From Eubacteriales bacterium (GTDB lineage Bacteria > Bacillota > Clostridia > Lachnospirales > JAKSVV01): a DNA stretch of 64,000 bases. Made by a program: the position numbers and the translations under genes. Shown here piece by piece: positions 8,085-17,111 of the stretch (position 1 is the stretch's first letter; every line of letters starts with the position of its first letter). The stretch lies in NCBI GenBank assembly GCA_031549455.1, contig JAVBPT010000003.1:8912-72911 (forward strand), given 5' to 3'. The notes below the pieces were generated by a model that saw only the letters and a program-made list of their open reading frames with translations, was not told the origin of the DNA and searched no databases.

Positions 8085-11000
8085 ATGATTGATAAGGAAA
8101 CGGTGAAAACAGTGAAAAAGAATAGAAGTGTACGAGCGATTGCGGGATTTTTGATCGCGATGTTGCTGGTAACGAATGTATTGCCCAACCTCTCTTTTGC
8201 CAACAAACAAAATCCTTTGAGAAGGTTGGTTGTTGAGCGGATTACTTCAAGTATTATTAAAAACCCTTTTACGAGTAAAAACTCAGTTATACCAGATCTG
8301 AAGTTAACATGGGAGGCGGATACACCGTCACTTGAAGAAGACAAAACGTCTGATGCTGTAGATGGATCGGGCCTTCATAACCCAAATCGGTATGAGGTTT
8401 ATTCCCAAAACGTTACTGCAAGCGAAAAAGAGGCTCTTTTAACCTCAACCACTGCACTCACCTATTCAACCACAAGGCTTAATACAGGAAGCATCTATAA
8501 GTTTAAAGTTCTTCCTGTACATGATCATACGTATGGCATATCGCCAAATGAGAGAACCCAAAAGGCACCTTACACAGATGCGACGCATCCAAAGGTGGCG
8601 GTGTTAACGGACCTGGCAGTGGATGTTGTAACGGAAGGCAGAAAGATTATTGTCACATTCGATGACCCGGGTACGCTTGTGGACTTTGATCTTTATTATG
8701 AACAAGGGGATGTAACCGATTTTGGACCAACGGCTGGAAGAGTTCAACTTATTAGAGCGGACTCAAAAAGGGTGCTGGATCCTTCAACCAGAAGGAGTAG
8801 ACTCGAATATACACTAGAACATGATTCGATTAAGGCGGGACAAATTTATTCCGTGGGTGTAAAACCCGTTGTGGGTCAGATCGATGGAACGGATATCTTA
8901 TTTAACCAAAAAGTGAACATTCAAACCTGTACAACAGAAATCCCTTTTGCCATCACAGAAGACAGTGATGGATATTTGAGGTTAAACTGGTGGGGAATTG
9001 ATTCAAGCATTGGGATCGGTGGAAGCACTACACAATATGATGTGAAGGAGCTTAGGATTGTAGAAAGAAATGAAGAGACCAAAATTGAAAGAATTATCTC
9101 AACTTTAATCGGTAAAAATGCAATTCAAATGGGATACTATCTTGCGGTTAAACCAAAGGTGACAACCAGTTACAAGATTGTTATTGTTTACAATCGTATT
9201 GCGAGTGGTGGAACTGAGGAAGTGAAAGAAATGGAGTCCAGATGGATTAGCTATGACCCAAGTAGTTTGAGGATTATCCCACAAAAGCCAGAGATTCCAA
9301 ATGTGGGAAGCAAGCTCTCGACAGATGACAATAGCGTTTTAGACCTAAATAAGTATCAAGGTACATTTCGATATGATTTGACCACCAAGTTATTGAATCT
9401 GGTTTGGTCAACTTTTGAAAGAAAAGATTATGTCGGAAACCAAAATACCAACATCATCGATTTGGATACCTATTATGATATATTGATCACAGACGATGTG
9501 AATGCCCTTTCTGATCTTGAGCTCAATACGGAGCTGGATTATTATGTTGGAAAACAGGGTAGCAGTAGCCTGTTTGTTCTCAATAAGTCGGGCAAAAAAG
9601 TGGGTTACTTTAAAGAATATAGCCAATATCTTGGTGCCAATTATGACAACGGATTGTTTATAGGATACGCACTCAAGGAGTTTGAATCCAATAAAGTATA
9701 TTATGTGCGTGTGATCGCAAAGAAAAAAATCTTGGGAGAAGAGCTTCGCTCTATTCCAAGCATTATGCCCATTTATATTGATGCGGCCGGAAACATGGCT
9801 GTACCACCGACACTTCCCAAGCCACCATTAAAGGAAAAGGAGATCACAGATAAATCCTTTAGTGTGGAGTGGAGAAAAGACTGGTATGAGGTTGCGCCAA
9901 TTGATTCAAATGGAGACTGGGCGAGTCGAGTTTGGATTTATAACCAAGACATTTCGTTTGTAAAAATAGATGGTTCAGAGGAAATTGAACTAACCTCTCA
10001 AAACCAAGTAAACATATTGAAATCCAAGCTTTCTTCTACAAACGCATCCAAGTATGTTTTTAGAAATATGAATCTGGATAGTAAGACAAAATATGAGGTT
10101 TATTACACCAAGAACGCAACTGTGGAGAACGAGATTAAAATCAAAAAGTTGACCAACCCTTTTTACACAATAAAAGAGTACGTGTATGATTTTATAAATA
10201 AAAAAGAAAACGATCTTCTTTGGAAAGAAATCACACCTTTAGTAGACCCAAATGATACTTCAAATCATACTGTGTTTACAAAGGTAGAAGGATTAGAAAG
10301 CAACACGAATTACTATTTCATGATTCGGGCGTATAAGGTGCTCGAGGATGGGACAAAGGTGTACAATACCTATCCATCCAGTCTAATTATTACAACCCTT
10401 TTGCCAGGAACGGAGATTGAACCGGTTCCAACGGTTCCAAGATTATTCCTTGACTCAATACAAGACATTAAGGCTAACATTGGATGGAAGGCTAATCCGC
10501 TACTATCTTATGAGATACGGTATAGTAAAAAAGAGGACATCTCTACTGCGACCTCCATCAAGGTGACGCCACAAGATTTAAAAAATATTACCAAACAGGG
10601 TGAAAATTATATTTTAGAGCTATTCGACCTATTTCCAAAAACAGAATATTATGTCTGGATTAAGGCAATGCAAACAAAGGGTAAATTGGAGTCTGCCTGG
10701 AGTAACCCACTAACGATTGTCACGAAAGATATCCAACCAGACCCCCTAAATCCGCCGACTGGGATCGGAGTTGCTTCCGTTACCTCACCAATCGGGAAGG
10801 AATACATTACAATTGAATGGGTGAGAACCCAAGACGACTTGTCACTGGATTCCTATCAAGGTAAGAAGGTGAAGAAGCAATACTCTTATATCTTAGAGAT
10901 TGCAGATAATATTAAGTTTTTGGATTCTAAGAAGGTGGAAATTAGTGCGGATAAGAAGATTAGTACAAAGGATTTTGAGATCATCTCAAACACAATTGTG

Positions 11001-11774
11001 AAGGCCAAAGATCTAAAGGCGAATATTCGCTATTACATTCGGATGAAATCAAAGATTACGGTATCAGAAAGCGATCAGTCCGGCGTTTTAACGAAGGAAT
11101 CTACCTGGTCACTGATTAAGATCATTAAGACATTGGCTGATGCAGAATATGATGCGGATATCGGTGAGATTGAAATTCCTCTTCCGGAGAAGGATGAGAA
11201 GGTATACAATGGAGATACAGTTACGTATAACATTATTAATGATGAAAAGGCGATTGACGACCTCATTAAAAGGAACCTCTTTGACTATACCGTTGACTTT
11301 TCAAATGAGGCATCCAAGATAACAAGGAGAATGATTAACCTAAAAGAAAACGTGGTGCTCTCAATGGCCAGAAACGATGTGGATCTTTTAATAAAACTAA
11401 GTGATATGGAGATTAGTATTCCGGGAAAAGCCCTTCTTACTGCAGAATACAAGAAGCTTGTAAAAAGCGGAGGAGTGGACCTGATTACAGTAGCCATTAG
11501 CGATAACTATATCTTCACCTCTGGGGAATATAACAATACGAAAGAAATAGGCTTGACATTTAAAAATAAATATGGCACCTTAGAATCAAAGTATTTAGAA
11601 AATTATATGGATATCAGTTGGTACAAGAATGGATTACTCTATCTTGGACTTAGCCAAAGGCCATATGTTTATGATGAAGTGAAAAAGATATGGACAGCAT
11701 TAAAAGATTATTATAGTTTGAGTGATCGAGTGATTTTCAAAAGCGGAATGCTCGGAAAGTTTACGATAAAGTAG
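8085..11774 (+). CDS. Giant secreted protein with about 8 tandem FN3-like modules and a unique C-terminal domain of about 200 aa
   Basis: 1229-aa ORF. The start is uncertain (ATG 8085 or GTG 8103/8112). Signal peptide ...LPNLSFA/NKQ. Recurrent FN3 hallmarks: LxWxx strands and YxhxVxA strands (YKFKVLPV, YSVGVKPV, YYVRVIAKK, YYFMIRAYK, YYVWIKAMQ, YYIRMKSK). I see no SLH, LPXTG or choline-binding anchor. Confidence 0.8.
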   Translation: MIDKETVKTVKKNRSVRAIAGFLIAMLLVTNVLPNLSFANKQNPLRRLVVERITSSIIKNPFTSKNSVIPDLKLTWEADTPSLEEDKTSDAVDGSGLHNPNRYEVYSQNVTASEKEALLTSTTALTYSTTRLNTGSIYKFKVLPVHDHTYGISPNERTQKAPYTDATHPKVAVLTDLAVDVVTEGRKIIVTFDDPGTLVDFDLYYEQGDVTDFGPTAGRVQLIRADSKRVLDPSTRRSRLEYTLEHDSIKAGQIYSVGVKPVVGQIDGTDILFNQKVNIQTCTTEIPFAITEDSDGYLRLNWWGIDSSIGIGGSTTQYDVKELRIVERNEETKIERIISTLIGKNAIQMGYYLAVKPKVTTSYKIVIVYNRIASGGTEEVKEMESRWISYDPSSLRIIPQKPEIPNVGSKLSTDDNSVLDLNKYQGTFRYDLTTKLLNLVWSTFERKDYVGNQNTNIIDLDTYYDILITDDVNALSDLELNTELDYYVGKQGSSSLFVLNKSGKKVGYFKEYSQYLGANYDNGLFIGYALKEFESNKVYYVRVIAKKKILGEELRSIPSIMPIYIDAAGNMAVPPTLPKPPLKEKEITDKSFSVEWRKDWYEVAPIDSNGDWASRVWIYNQDISFVKIDGSEEIELTSQNQVNILKSKLSSTNASKYVFRNMNLDSKTKYEVYYTKNATVENEIKIKKLTNPFYTIKEYVYDFINKKENDLLWKEITPLVDPNDTSNHTVFTKVEGLESNTNYYFMIRAYKVLEDGTKVYNTYPSSLIITTLLPGTEIEPVPTVPRLFLDSIQDIKANIGWKANPLLSYEIRYSKKEDISTATSIKVTPQDLKNITKQGENYILELFDLFPKTEYYVWIKAMQTKGKLESAWSNPLTIVTKDIQPDPLNPPTGIGVASVTSPIGKEYITIEWVRTQDDLSLDSYQGKKVKKQYSYILEIADNIKFLDSKKVEISADKKISTKDFEIISNTIVKAKDLKANIRYYIRMKSKITVSESDQSGVLTKESTWSLIKIIKTLADAEYDADIGEIEIPLPEKDEKVYNGDTVTYNIINDEKAIDDLIKRNLFDYTVDFSNEASKITRRMINLKENVVLSMARNDVDLLIKLSDMEISIPGKALLTAEYKKLVKSGGVDLITVAISDNYIFTSGEYNNTKEIGLTFKNKYGTLESKYLENYMDISWYKNGLLYLGLSQRPYVYDEVKKIWTALKDYYSLSDRVIFKSGMLGKFTIK

Positions 11775-11787
11775 GAGGGGAAGAGTT

Positions 11788-12642
11788 ATGAAAAAGTTAT
11801 GTAAAATGGCAAGCCTGATATTCATGCTGTGTGTGATGCTTTCAAATGTGTCGTTTGCAGCCAACAGAGTGGTTTATGACATAGAACAGGAGAGCCAAAG
11901 TGCCTATAACATTACACTGAAGTGGAACGAGGCAGATGCTGGAAACATTCAGCTCACAGCATTTGAAAAGATGGATGATAATACCATTACGATATACTAT
12001 AAGGCATATTCTAACTTTAATGTGAGAAAGGCCAGAGTAAATATTGATGATTTGGGGCTTAGTCTAACAGAAGTGAGGACACCTATGGTGACTTTGAAAA
12101 ATGCGGAAGGAAAGAGTAATGCACCTGCAGACTTACCGAAGGATGATGAAGCCAGTAAGGCAATTCAAAATCTATATGCACGTGGGATTATAAATGGGTA
12201 TACAGATGGAACCTTCAAACCTGAAAGCAATATTAGTAGAGAAGAGTTCTCAAGTTTGTTTTGTAAGTTTATGAAGTATCCGCTTAGAACAGATTTGGAA
12301 ACAAAGTTCTCAGATGTTTTAAACACCAGATGGTCCAAAAATGTGATTATGACCCTTTATGATAAACAAATTTTAAAGGGAACAGGGGACAGCATTTTTG
12401 CACCGTCAAATAATATCACACTTGGAGAGGTTTCAGCTATTATTGATAGAGCAAAAGGTCTTGGCACCATCCCCGTGACAGTTGCTTATAAGCATTTACA
12501 AAAACAACACTGGGCGAATGCGAATATCACGAATCTTTTAACAGAAGGATATATTAAAGTAACCGATAATTTTTACGCCAACTTTGATCAAAATAAGCCT
12601 CTTACAAGAGGAGAAATGGCAGTGATTCTAAATCGGGATTAA
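11788..12642 (+). CDS. Secreted protein with three C-terminal SLH (S-layer homology) repeats
   Basis: 284 aa, starting 13 nt after the giant gene. Signal peptide ...SNVSFA/AN. SLH-like repeats: INGYTDGTFKPESNISREEFSSLF, LKGTGDSIFAPSNNITLGEVSAII, ...NKPLTRGEMAVIL. Confidence 0.8.
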   Translation: MKKLCKMASLIFMLCVMLSNVSFAANRVVYDIEQESQSAYNITLKWNEADAGNIQLTAFEKMDDNTITIYYKAYSNFNVRKARVNIDDLGLSLTEVRTPMVTLKNAEGKSNAPADLPKDDEASKAIQNLYARGIINGYTDGTFKPESNISREEFSSLFCKFMKYPLRTDLETKFSDVLNTRWSKNVIMTLYDKQILKGTGDSIFAPSNNITLGEVSAIIDRAKGLGTIPVTVAYKHLQKQHWANANITNLLTEGYIKVTDNFYANFDQNKPLTRGEMAVILNRD

Positions 12643-12644
12643 AT

Positions 12645-12668
12645 AAAAAACACCTATAGGTGTTTTTT
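12645..12668. terminator. Bidirectional intrinsic terminator
   Basis: AAAAAACACC-TATA-GGTGTTTTTT between convergent genes. Confidence 0.8.
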
Positions 12669-13323
12669 ATTTAATAATTTCCTCTGGGTTGATAAAGACG
12701 CCATCCTTTAATACCTGGACCTCTACAACACTAGAGCCTGAAGTGGAATCTATATTGGCAAGTTTTTGATTGATCAGAACATAATCATTTACTTTTGCTG
12801 AAATAGAATCAAAGAATCCGACGAGTATAATGTCATATCCAGTGTTTGTCCGCATGGTAATGGAACTATTGGATGAACTGTTATAAGAAACATTGGTAAT
12901 GGTTCCTTCCATAGGAGCAACAACCGAGGCCTGTTTTGTTTGAATATAAACACCATTGGAAATTCGATACTGGTCCAAAACCTCATCATATTTTAGTTCT
13001 TCTGTGCTAAAGGTCATAATAATGCTTCCCTGAACGGGCCACGTTGTTTTTTCGACAATCTCTGCTCCGATTTCTTCCTGCTGTTCTATTGTTGGAGCAT
13101 CGAAGGTTGTTACAGGCGCTGAGAACTGATCCAAAGGTTTATCCATATTTGTGCTGGTTGTTTCTAACTCGTTATTATTTAAATACTCTTTATCAAGATC
13201 TACATATGAATTGTCTTGATCATTTAATATGGTATTGTAATTATTTGAAAAAAGTTTAATGGCAAATACGAGTAGAATAAAAGTTGTAATAAAAATAGAA
13301 TATGTTTTAAATTTATATTTCAT
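12667..13323 (-). CDS. Membrane-anchored protein with a catalytically degenerate LytM (M23) domain
   Basis: 218 aa with an N-terminal TM helix. The C-terminal part aligns by eye with the M23 fold (WPVQGSII...VVAPMEGTITNV...VLINQKLANI...VFINPEE). The HxxxD and HxH positions hold Ser/Tyr and Val/Glu, and the domain contains no His at all. Confidence 0.65.
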   Translation of the reverse strand: MKYKFKTYSIFITTFILLVFAIKLFSNNYNTILNDQDNSYVDLDKEYLNNNELETTSTNMDKPLDQFSAPVTTFDAPTIEQQEEIGAEIVEKTTWPVQGSIIMTFSTEELKYDEVLDQYRISNGVYIQTKQASVVAPMEGTITNVSYNSSSNSSITMRTNTGYDIILVGFFDSISAKVNDYVLINQKLANIDSTSGSSVVEVQVLKDGVFINPEEIIK

Positions 13324-13367
13324 AGATACCCCCTAATCTAGAAATATTATTGGCAAATTTAACTAAA

Positions 13368-14075
13368 TTATTCAGATAAATTTCTAATTTCGCTTGGGGT
13401 CAGATGTCTATACTCTCCTTCTGCAAGATCAGAGAGTTTAAGTTTTCCAATCGCAGTTCTTTTTAAATGGAGAATCGGATATGGGATTCGTTCAAACATT
13501 TTTCTGACTTGCCTATTTCTTCCTTCGAATATCCTGACCTCAATAATACAGTTTTTCTCCAATATCTTTTTAATTCTCGCATCTGCTTCTTTGGTAGGCT
13601 TTCCATCAATCACAATGCTCTTTTTAAGTCTTTCAATCTCATCTTGTGTTGGAACCCCTTTCACTTTCACCTCATAGATTTTCGAAATATGATTTTTGGG
13701 GTGAGTCATCTGATAAACAAAGTTCCCATCGTTTGAAAGAAGCAATAGCCCAGAGGTATTGCAGTCCAGTCTTCCAACTGGAACCAGTTTGGCCTTGGTC
13801 TTTTTAACAAGCTCGAGAACAGTAGGACGTCCAAGCTCGTCTTTTGTGCTGGTAATATAACCAATGGGCTTATGAAGCATAATATACACCTTAACGGCGG
13901 AAGGCCGAATCAGTTTGCCCTCTACTTTTACAAAGTCTTTTCCTTCATCAATGCTTGTTCCAAGCTTGGTAACCACGCTTCCGTTCACAGTGACCGTGCC
14001 ACTTACAATGAGTTCCTCACTTTTTCTTCTGGAGGCCACACCACATTCTGCTAGGTATTTTTGTAATCGTATCAT
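13368..14075 (-). CDS. rluB: Pseudouridine synthase, RsuA/RluB family, with an S4 domain
   Basis: S4 N-terminus (RLQKYLAECGVASRRKSEELI) and the catalytic GRLDCNTSGLLLLSNDG motif. Confidence 0.85.
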   Translation of the reverse strand: MIRLQKYLAECGVASRRKSEELIVSGTVTVNGSVVTKLGTSIDEGKDFVKVEGKLIRPSAVKVYIMLHKPIGYITSTKDELGRPTVLELVKKTKAKLVPVGRLDCNTSGLLLLSNDGNFVYQMTHPKNHISKIYEVKVKGVPTQDEIERLKKSIVIDGKPTKEADARIKKILEKNCIIEVRIFEGRNRQVRKMFERIPYPILHLKRTAIGKLKLSDLAEGEYRHLTPSEIRNLSE

Positions 14076-14134
14076 AGGATCTCCTTTTTGAATTAGTTTA
14101 TCACGTTAAATAATGCTTGTCTAGAAGAAAGGAA

Positions 14135-14159
14135 CAAAAAAAGCATCTGGGTAGATGCT
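14135..14159 (-). terminator. Intrinsic terminator of the NfeD-SPFH operon
   Basis: On the minus strand: AGCATC-TACCCA-GATGCT followed by T7. Confidence 0.7.
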
Positions 14160-14166
14160 CCTTTCT

Positions 14167-15090
14167 TTAATTCCAAATATCTTTAATGGTCTTCACTGAG
14201 CCAAGTAGGCTAACAGATTCAGACGGAATAACAAGCTTGGTCGATGGACTTCCAGCTATATTGGAGAGAGCTTCAATGGATTTCAAGCTAATTACCTCGT
14301 TGGTTGGGTTTGCTTCTTTGATTGCCTGAATAACCATCTTGGTTCCCTCTGCAGTCGCCTTTTGAACACTTATGATGGCTTCCGCTTCCCCCTCTGCTCT
14401 AAGAATTTGAGATTCTTTTTCGGCTTGAGCCTGCAATATTTTGGATTGCCTTTCACCTTCCGCTTGGAGGATTTTGGATTGTTTTTCTCCTTCTGCGATC
14501 AAAATGGATTCACGTTTTTGACGTTCAGCTCTCATCTGTCTTTCCATGGCATCTTGGATATCACGAGGAGGAATAATATTTTTAAGTTCTACTCTTGTGA
14601 TCTTAATTCCCCATGGGTCTGTCGCCTCATCTAATGTGATATTTAATTTGTTATTAATGGTATCGCGGGAAGTAAGTGTTTCATCAAGGTCCAACTCCCC
14701 AATAATGTTACGTAGAGTGGTTGCTGCTAGGTTCTCAATCGCAGCGAGTGGATTGGATATTTCATACATAAACTTTATAGGATCTGTAATTCTATAGTAG
14801 ATCACAGTATCAATCTGCATTGCCACGTTATCTTTTGTAATAACTGGTTGCGGCGGGAAATCCTTTACGTGTTCTCGCATATCAATCTTTGCGGCTTCCC
14901 TTTCAATAAAAGGGAATACAAAGTTGATACCAGGCTCCGCAACTCTTGAGAAGGTCCCAAGACGTTCAATAATTCCTTTTTGAGATTGCCTAACGATTTT
15001 AATCGAACCAAGTGCAATAATAACAGCAAGTACAAGTAATGCAAAGATAAATTCAGTTCCCATTTTAATTTCCTCCTTTAATTTTTTCAA
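14167..15090 (-). CDS. SPFH/band-7 (stomatin-like) membrane protein
   Basis: 307 aa with an N-terminal TM helix, an SPFH core (IVRQSQKGIIERLG...DTVIYYRI) and a coiled-coil EAEG repeat region. Confidence 0.9.
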   Translation of the reverse strand: MKKLKEEIKMGTEFIFALLVLAVIIALGSIKIVRQSQKGIIERLGTFSRVAEPGINFVFPFIEREAAKIDMREHVKDFPPQPVITKDNVAMQIDTVIYYRITDPIKFMYEISNPLAAIENLAATTLRNIIGELDLDETLTSRDTINNKLNITLDEATDPWGIKITRVELKNIIPPRDIQDAMERQMRAERQKRESILIAEGEKQSKILQAEGERQSKILQAQAEKESQILRAEGEAEAIISVQKATAEGTKMVIQAIKEANPTNEVISLKSIEALSNIAGSPSTKLVIPSESVSLLGSVKTIKDIWN

Positions 15091-15508
15091 CTTTTAGCGT
15101 AACACCATCTACCACAAGTACCTTCACAATTTCCCCCTTTTCGATGTTATTTCCATCTAAGGGCTCCGCTTTCCAAAGCTGGCCATCCACCTTAATCCTT
15201 CCAGGGTCATAGGCTGATTTTATGGTGTCGATCACGACGCCTGTTTTACCCACTAAAGTGTCTACAGCTGTCTTTACAGAGTTCTTTAAGAATCTCTGTG
15301 TAAGCTGTTTGGTAAAAATAATGAGAATAAAAGAGATGATGGTAAAAATAAATGACTGGGTCAAAAGGTCCTTGATGAAAAGTGATAGGATTGATGTAAC
15401 AATAGCACTGGCAGAGAACCAGATCACAAAGAAAGTGGGTGTTAATAACTCCACAATTGCCATCACTACAGCTACAATAAGCCATACTAACCAATGTTCC
15501 ATAATCAT
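15065..15508 (-). CDS. NfeD-family membrane protein
   Basis: 147 aa with three TM helices and a C-terminal OB-fold tail (GRIKVDGQLWKAEP...). Overlaps the downstream SPFH gene, the canonical NfeD-SPFH pairing. Confidence 0.85.
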   Translation of the reverse strand: MIMEHWLVWLIVAVVMAIVELLTPTFFVIWFSASAIVTSILSLFIKDLLTQSFIFTIISFILIIFTKQLTQRFLKNSVKTAVDTLVGKTGVVIDTIKSAYDPGRIKVDGQLWKAEPLDGNNIEKGEIVKVLVVDGVTLKVEKIKGGN

Positions 15509-15519
15509 TCTCCTTTCTA

Positions 15520-16962
15520 TTATCGATTAATCATAACTTTGTTTTTGCCCTGTTCCTTTACGGTATATAAGGCGCTGTCAGCCCTTGAAATAATTGCCTC
15601 AAGGTCTTCCTCTGGAAGATCTAGACGTGTATCCGCAATGCCGAAACTCGCGGTGATATTCAATTTTTTATCATTATAGTCAATGTTATTCTCACAGAGA
15701 CAACTTCGAATTCTTTCTGCCACAATCTGCGCCTCATTCGCTGCGGTGTGAGTAAGAAGGATGATAAACTCTTCTCCGCCATATCGCGCAATTAGGTCAG
15801 TGGTTCGGAGTTCCTTTTCAGCGATCTTAGCGACTACCCTAAGCACCTCATCTCCTGCAGAGTGTCCATAGATGTCATTGATGTTCTTGAAGTCATCCAG
15901 GTCAAAGATGATGATGGACAATGGAATAGAGTAACGAAGAGACTTTTTAAATTCTATGTTTGCAATGTCGAAAAATGCTCTTCTGTTCTTAATTCCGGTT
16001 AAGTAATCCACCGTAGCAAGAATGTCAAGGTGTTTTAGGGCCTCTGTAAACTTAGTATTGTCTTTAAAGGTATACATATGAATATAGGAGTTGGATTGTT
16101 TTACAAAGTAGGTTCCAACATTGATCTCATATGTTTTTCCGTTATATTCCACAACACCATTACTTAGGTGTTCTAAGTGTCTTAGTAAGTCTTTATTATT
16201 AAATATATGTCGGATCTCTTGCCTCAAGATACGTTTATCAGAGAATTCTGGAAAGAGATGTAGAAAGTATTTATTAAAGTCCAGAATTCTAAATTGGTGG
16301 TCTAAGATTAAAATAGCTTCCCCCAGCATTTCAAATATATAATCTCTTGTGATAAAAGAAATGGGAGAGGAAAAGGTAACCTTCAGGACATACAAGATAA
16401 CGAGGATGCCTATCGGAAGCCCGATTGCAAGGTTAAATGTAAATGCTGGATGATAAATCCAGAACATAAAAATATATACGAATATAGATGAGAAAATAAA
16501 GTAAGGAATAAAAAGACGTTTATTCTTATTATTCACAACAAAGAAGAGTAGGTTTAAAAGGATAATGCAAATGCATATACTAATAAAGCCATTATATAAA
16601 AAGAGTAGTGTATTTCTGGCGGTCATTTCTAAGAGAAAGGTACTACATAACAAAAAAGTTGTGCAGAATAGTAAAAGTGAATTGGTGAAGGAGCGTATCT
16701 TTCGGCTCACATAAAAGGTGGAGATAATAAACAAAACGTCCATTAACAAAAATAGTAAGATGGTGTTGATCGCGAAGTAATTTAGAAAAAGGGCTCTCTT
16801 CATTATTTGAAAGAGAAGGTTGTTGGCACAAAACAAAGCAACCAGAAAAAAGGCTAAAATATATATAATATCAATGGTTTTTTTGTGTTTGATACCAAGC
16901 GTGACTTCTATTATAAATATGAATACTGCTATTAAGGAAAGGAAGCCCAAAAAGATTGTCAT
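15520..16962 (-). CDS. Polytopic membrane diguanylate cyclase (GGDEF domain, GGEEF active site, RxxD I-site)
   Basis: 480 aa: about 7 TM helices, a PAS-like linker, then a GGDEF domain with RTTDLIARYGGEEF. The RxxD sits 5 residues upstream of GGEEF. Confidence 0.9.
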   Translation of the reverse strand: MTIFLGFLSLIAVFIFIIEVTLGIKHKKTIDIIYILAFFLVALFCANNLLFQIMKRALFLNYFAINTILLFLLMDVLFIISTFYVSRKIRSFTNSLLLFCTTFLLCSTFLLEMTARNTLLFLYNGFISICICIILLNLLFFVVNNKNKRLFIPYFIFSSIFVYIFMFWIYHPAFTFNLAIGLPIGILVILYVLKVTFSSPISFITRDYIFEMLGEAILILDHQFRILDFNKYFLHLFPEFSDKRILRQEIRHIFNNKDLLRHLEHLSNGVVEYNGKTYEINVGTYFVKQSNSYIHMYTFKDNTKFTEALKHLDILATVDYLTGIKNRRAFFDIANIEFKKSLRYSIPLSIIIFDLDDFKNINDIYGHSAGDEVLRVVAKIAEKELRTTDLIARYGGEEFIILLTHTAANEAQIVAERIRSCLCENNIDYNDKKLNITASFGIADTRLDLPEEDLEAIISRADSALYTVKEQGKNKVMINR

Positions 16963-17053
16963 AATATACCCAACATCTTGCTTTTATTATAAAGAAATAA
17001 ATGTTGTTGTCAAATGAAAAAGCATATTTTTGGGAAATTTGTTTTACAAATAT

Positions 17054-17081
17054 GAATAAATAAGATTAAGCAACATATAAA
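17054..17081 (+). promoter_or_regulatory. Possible sigma-E type (mother-cell) promoter of spoIVA
   Basis: GAATAAA-N13-CATATAAA compared with the recalled consensus ZHATAxx-(about 14)-CATACAHT. Partial match by eye only. Confidence 0.35.
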
Positions 17082-17111
17082 TTTAATATATTGTTAGAAA
17101 TGGAGGAAAGA

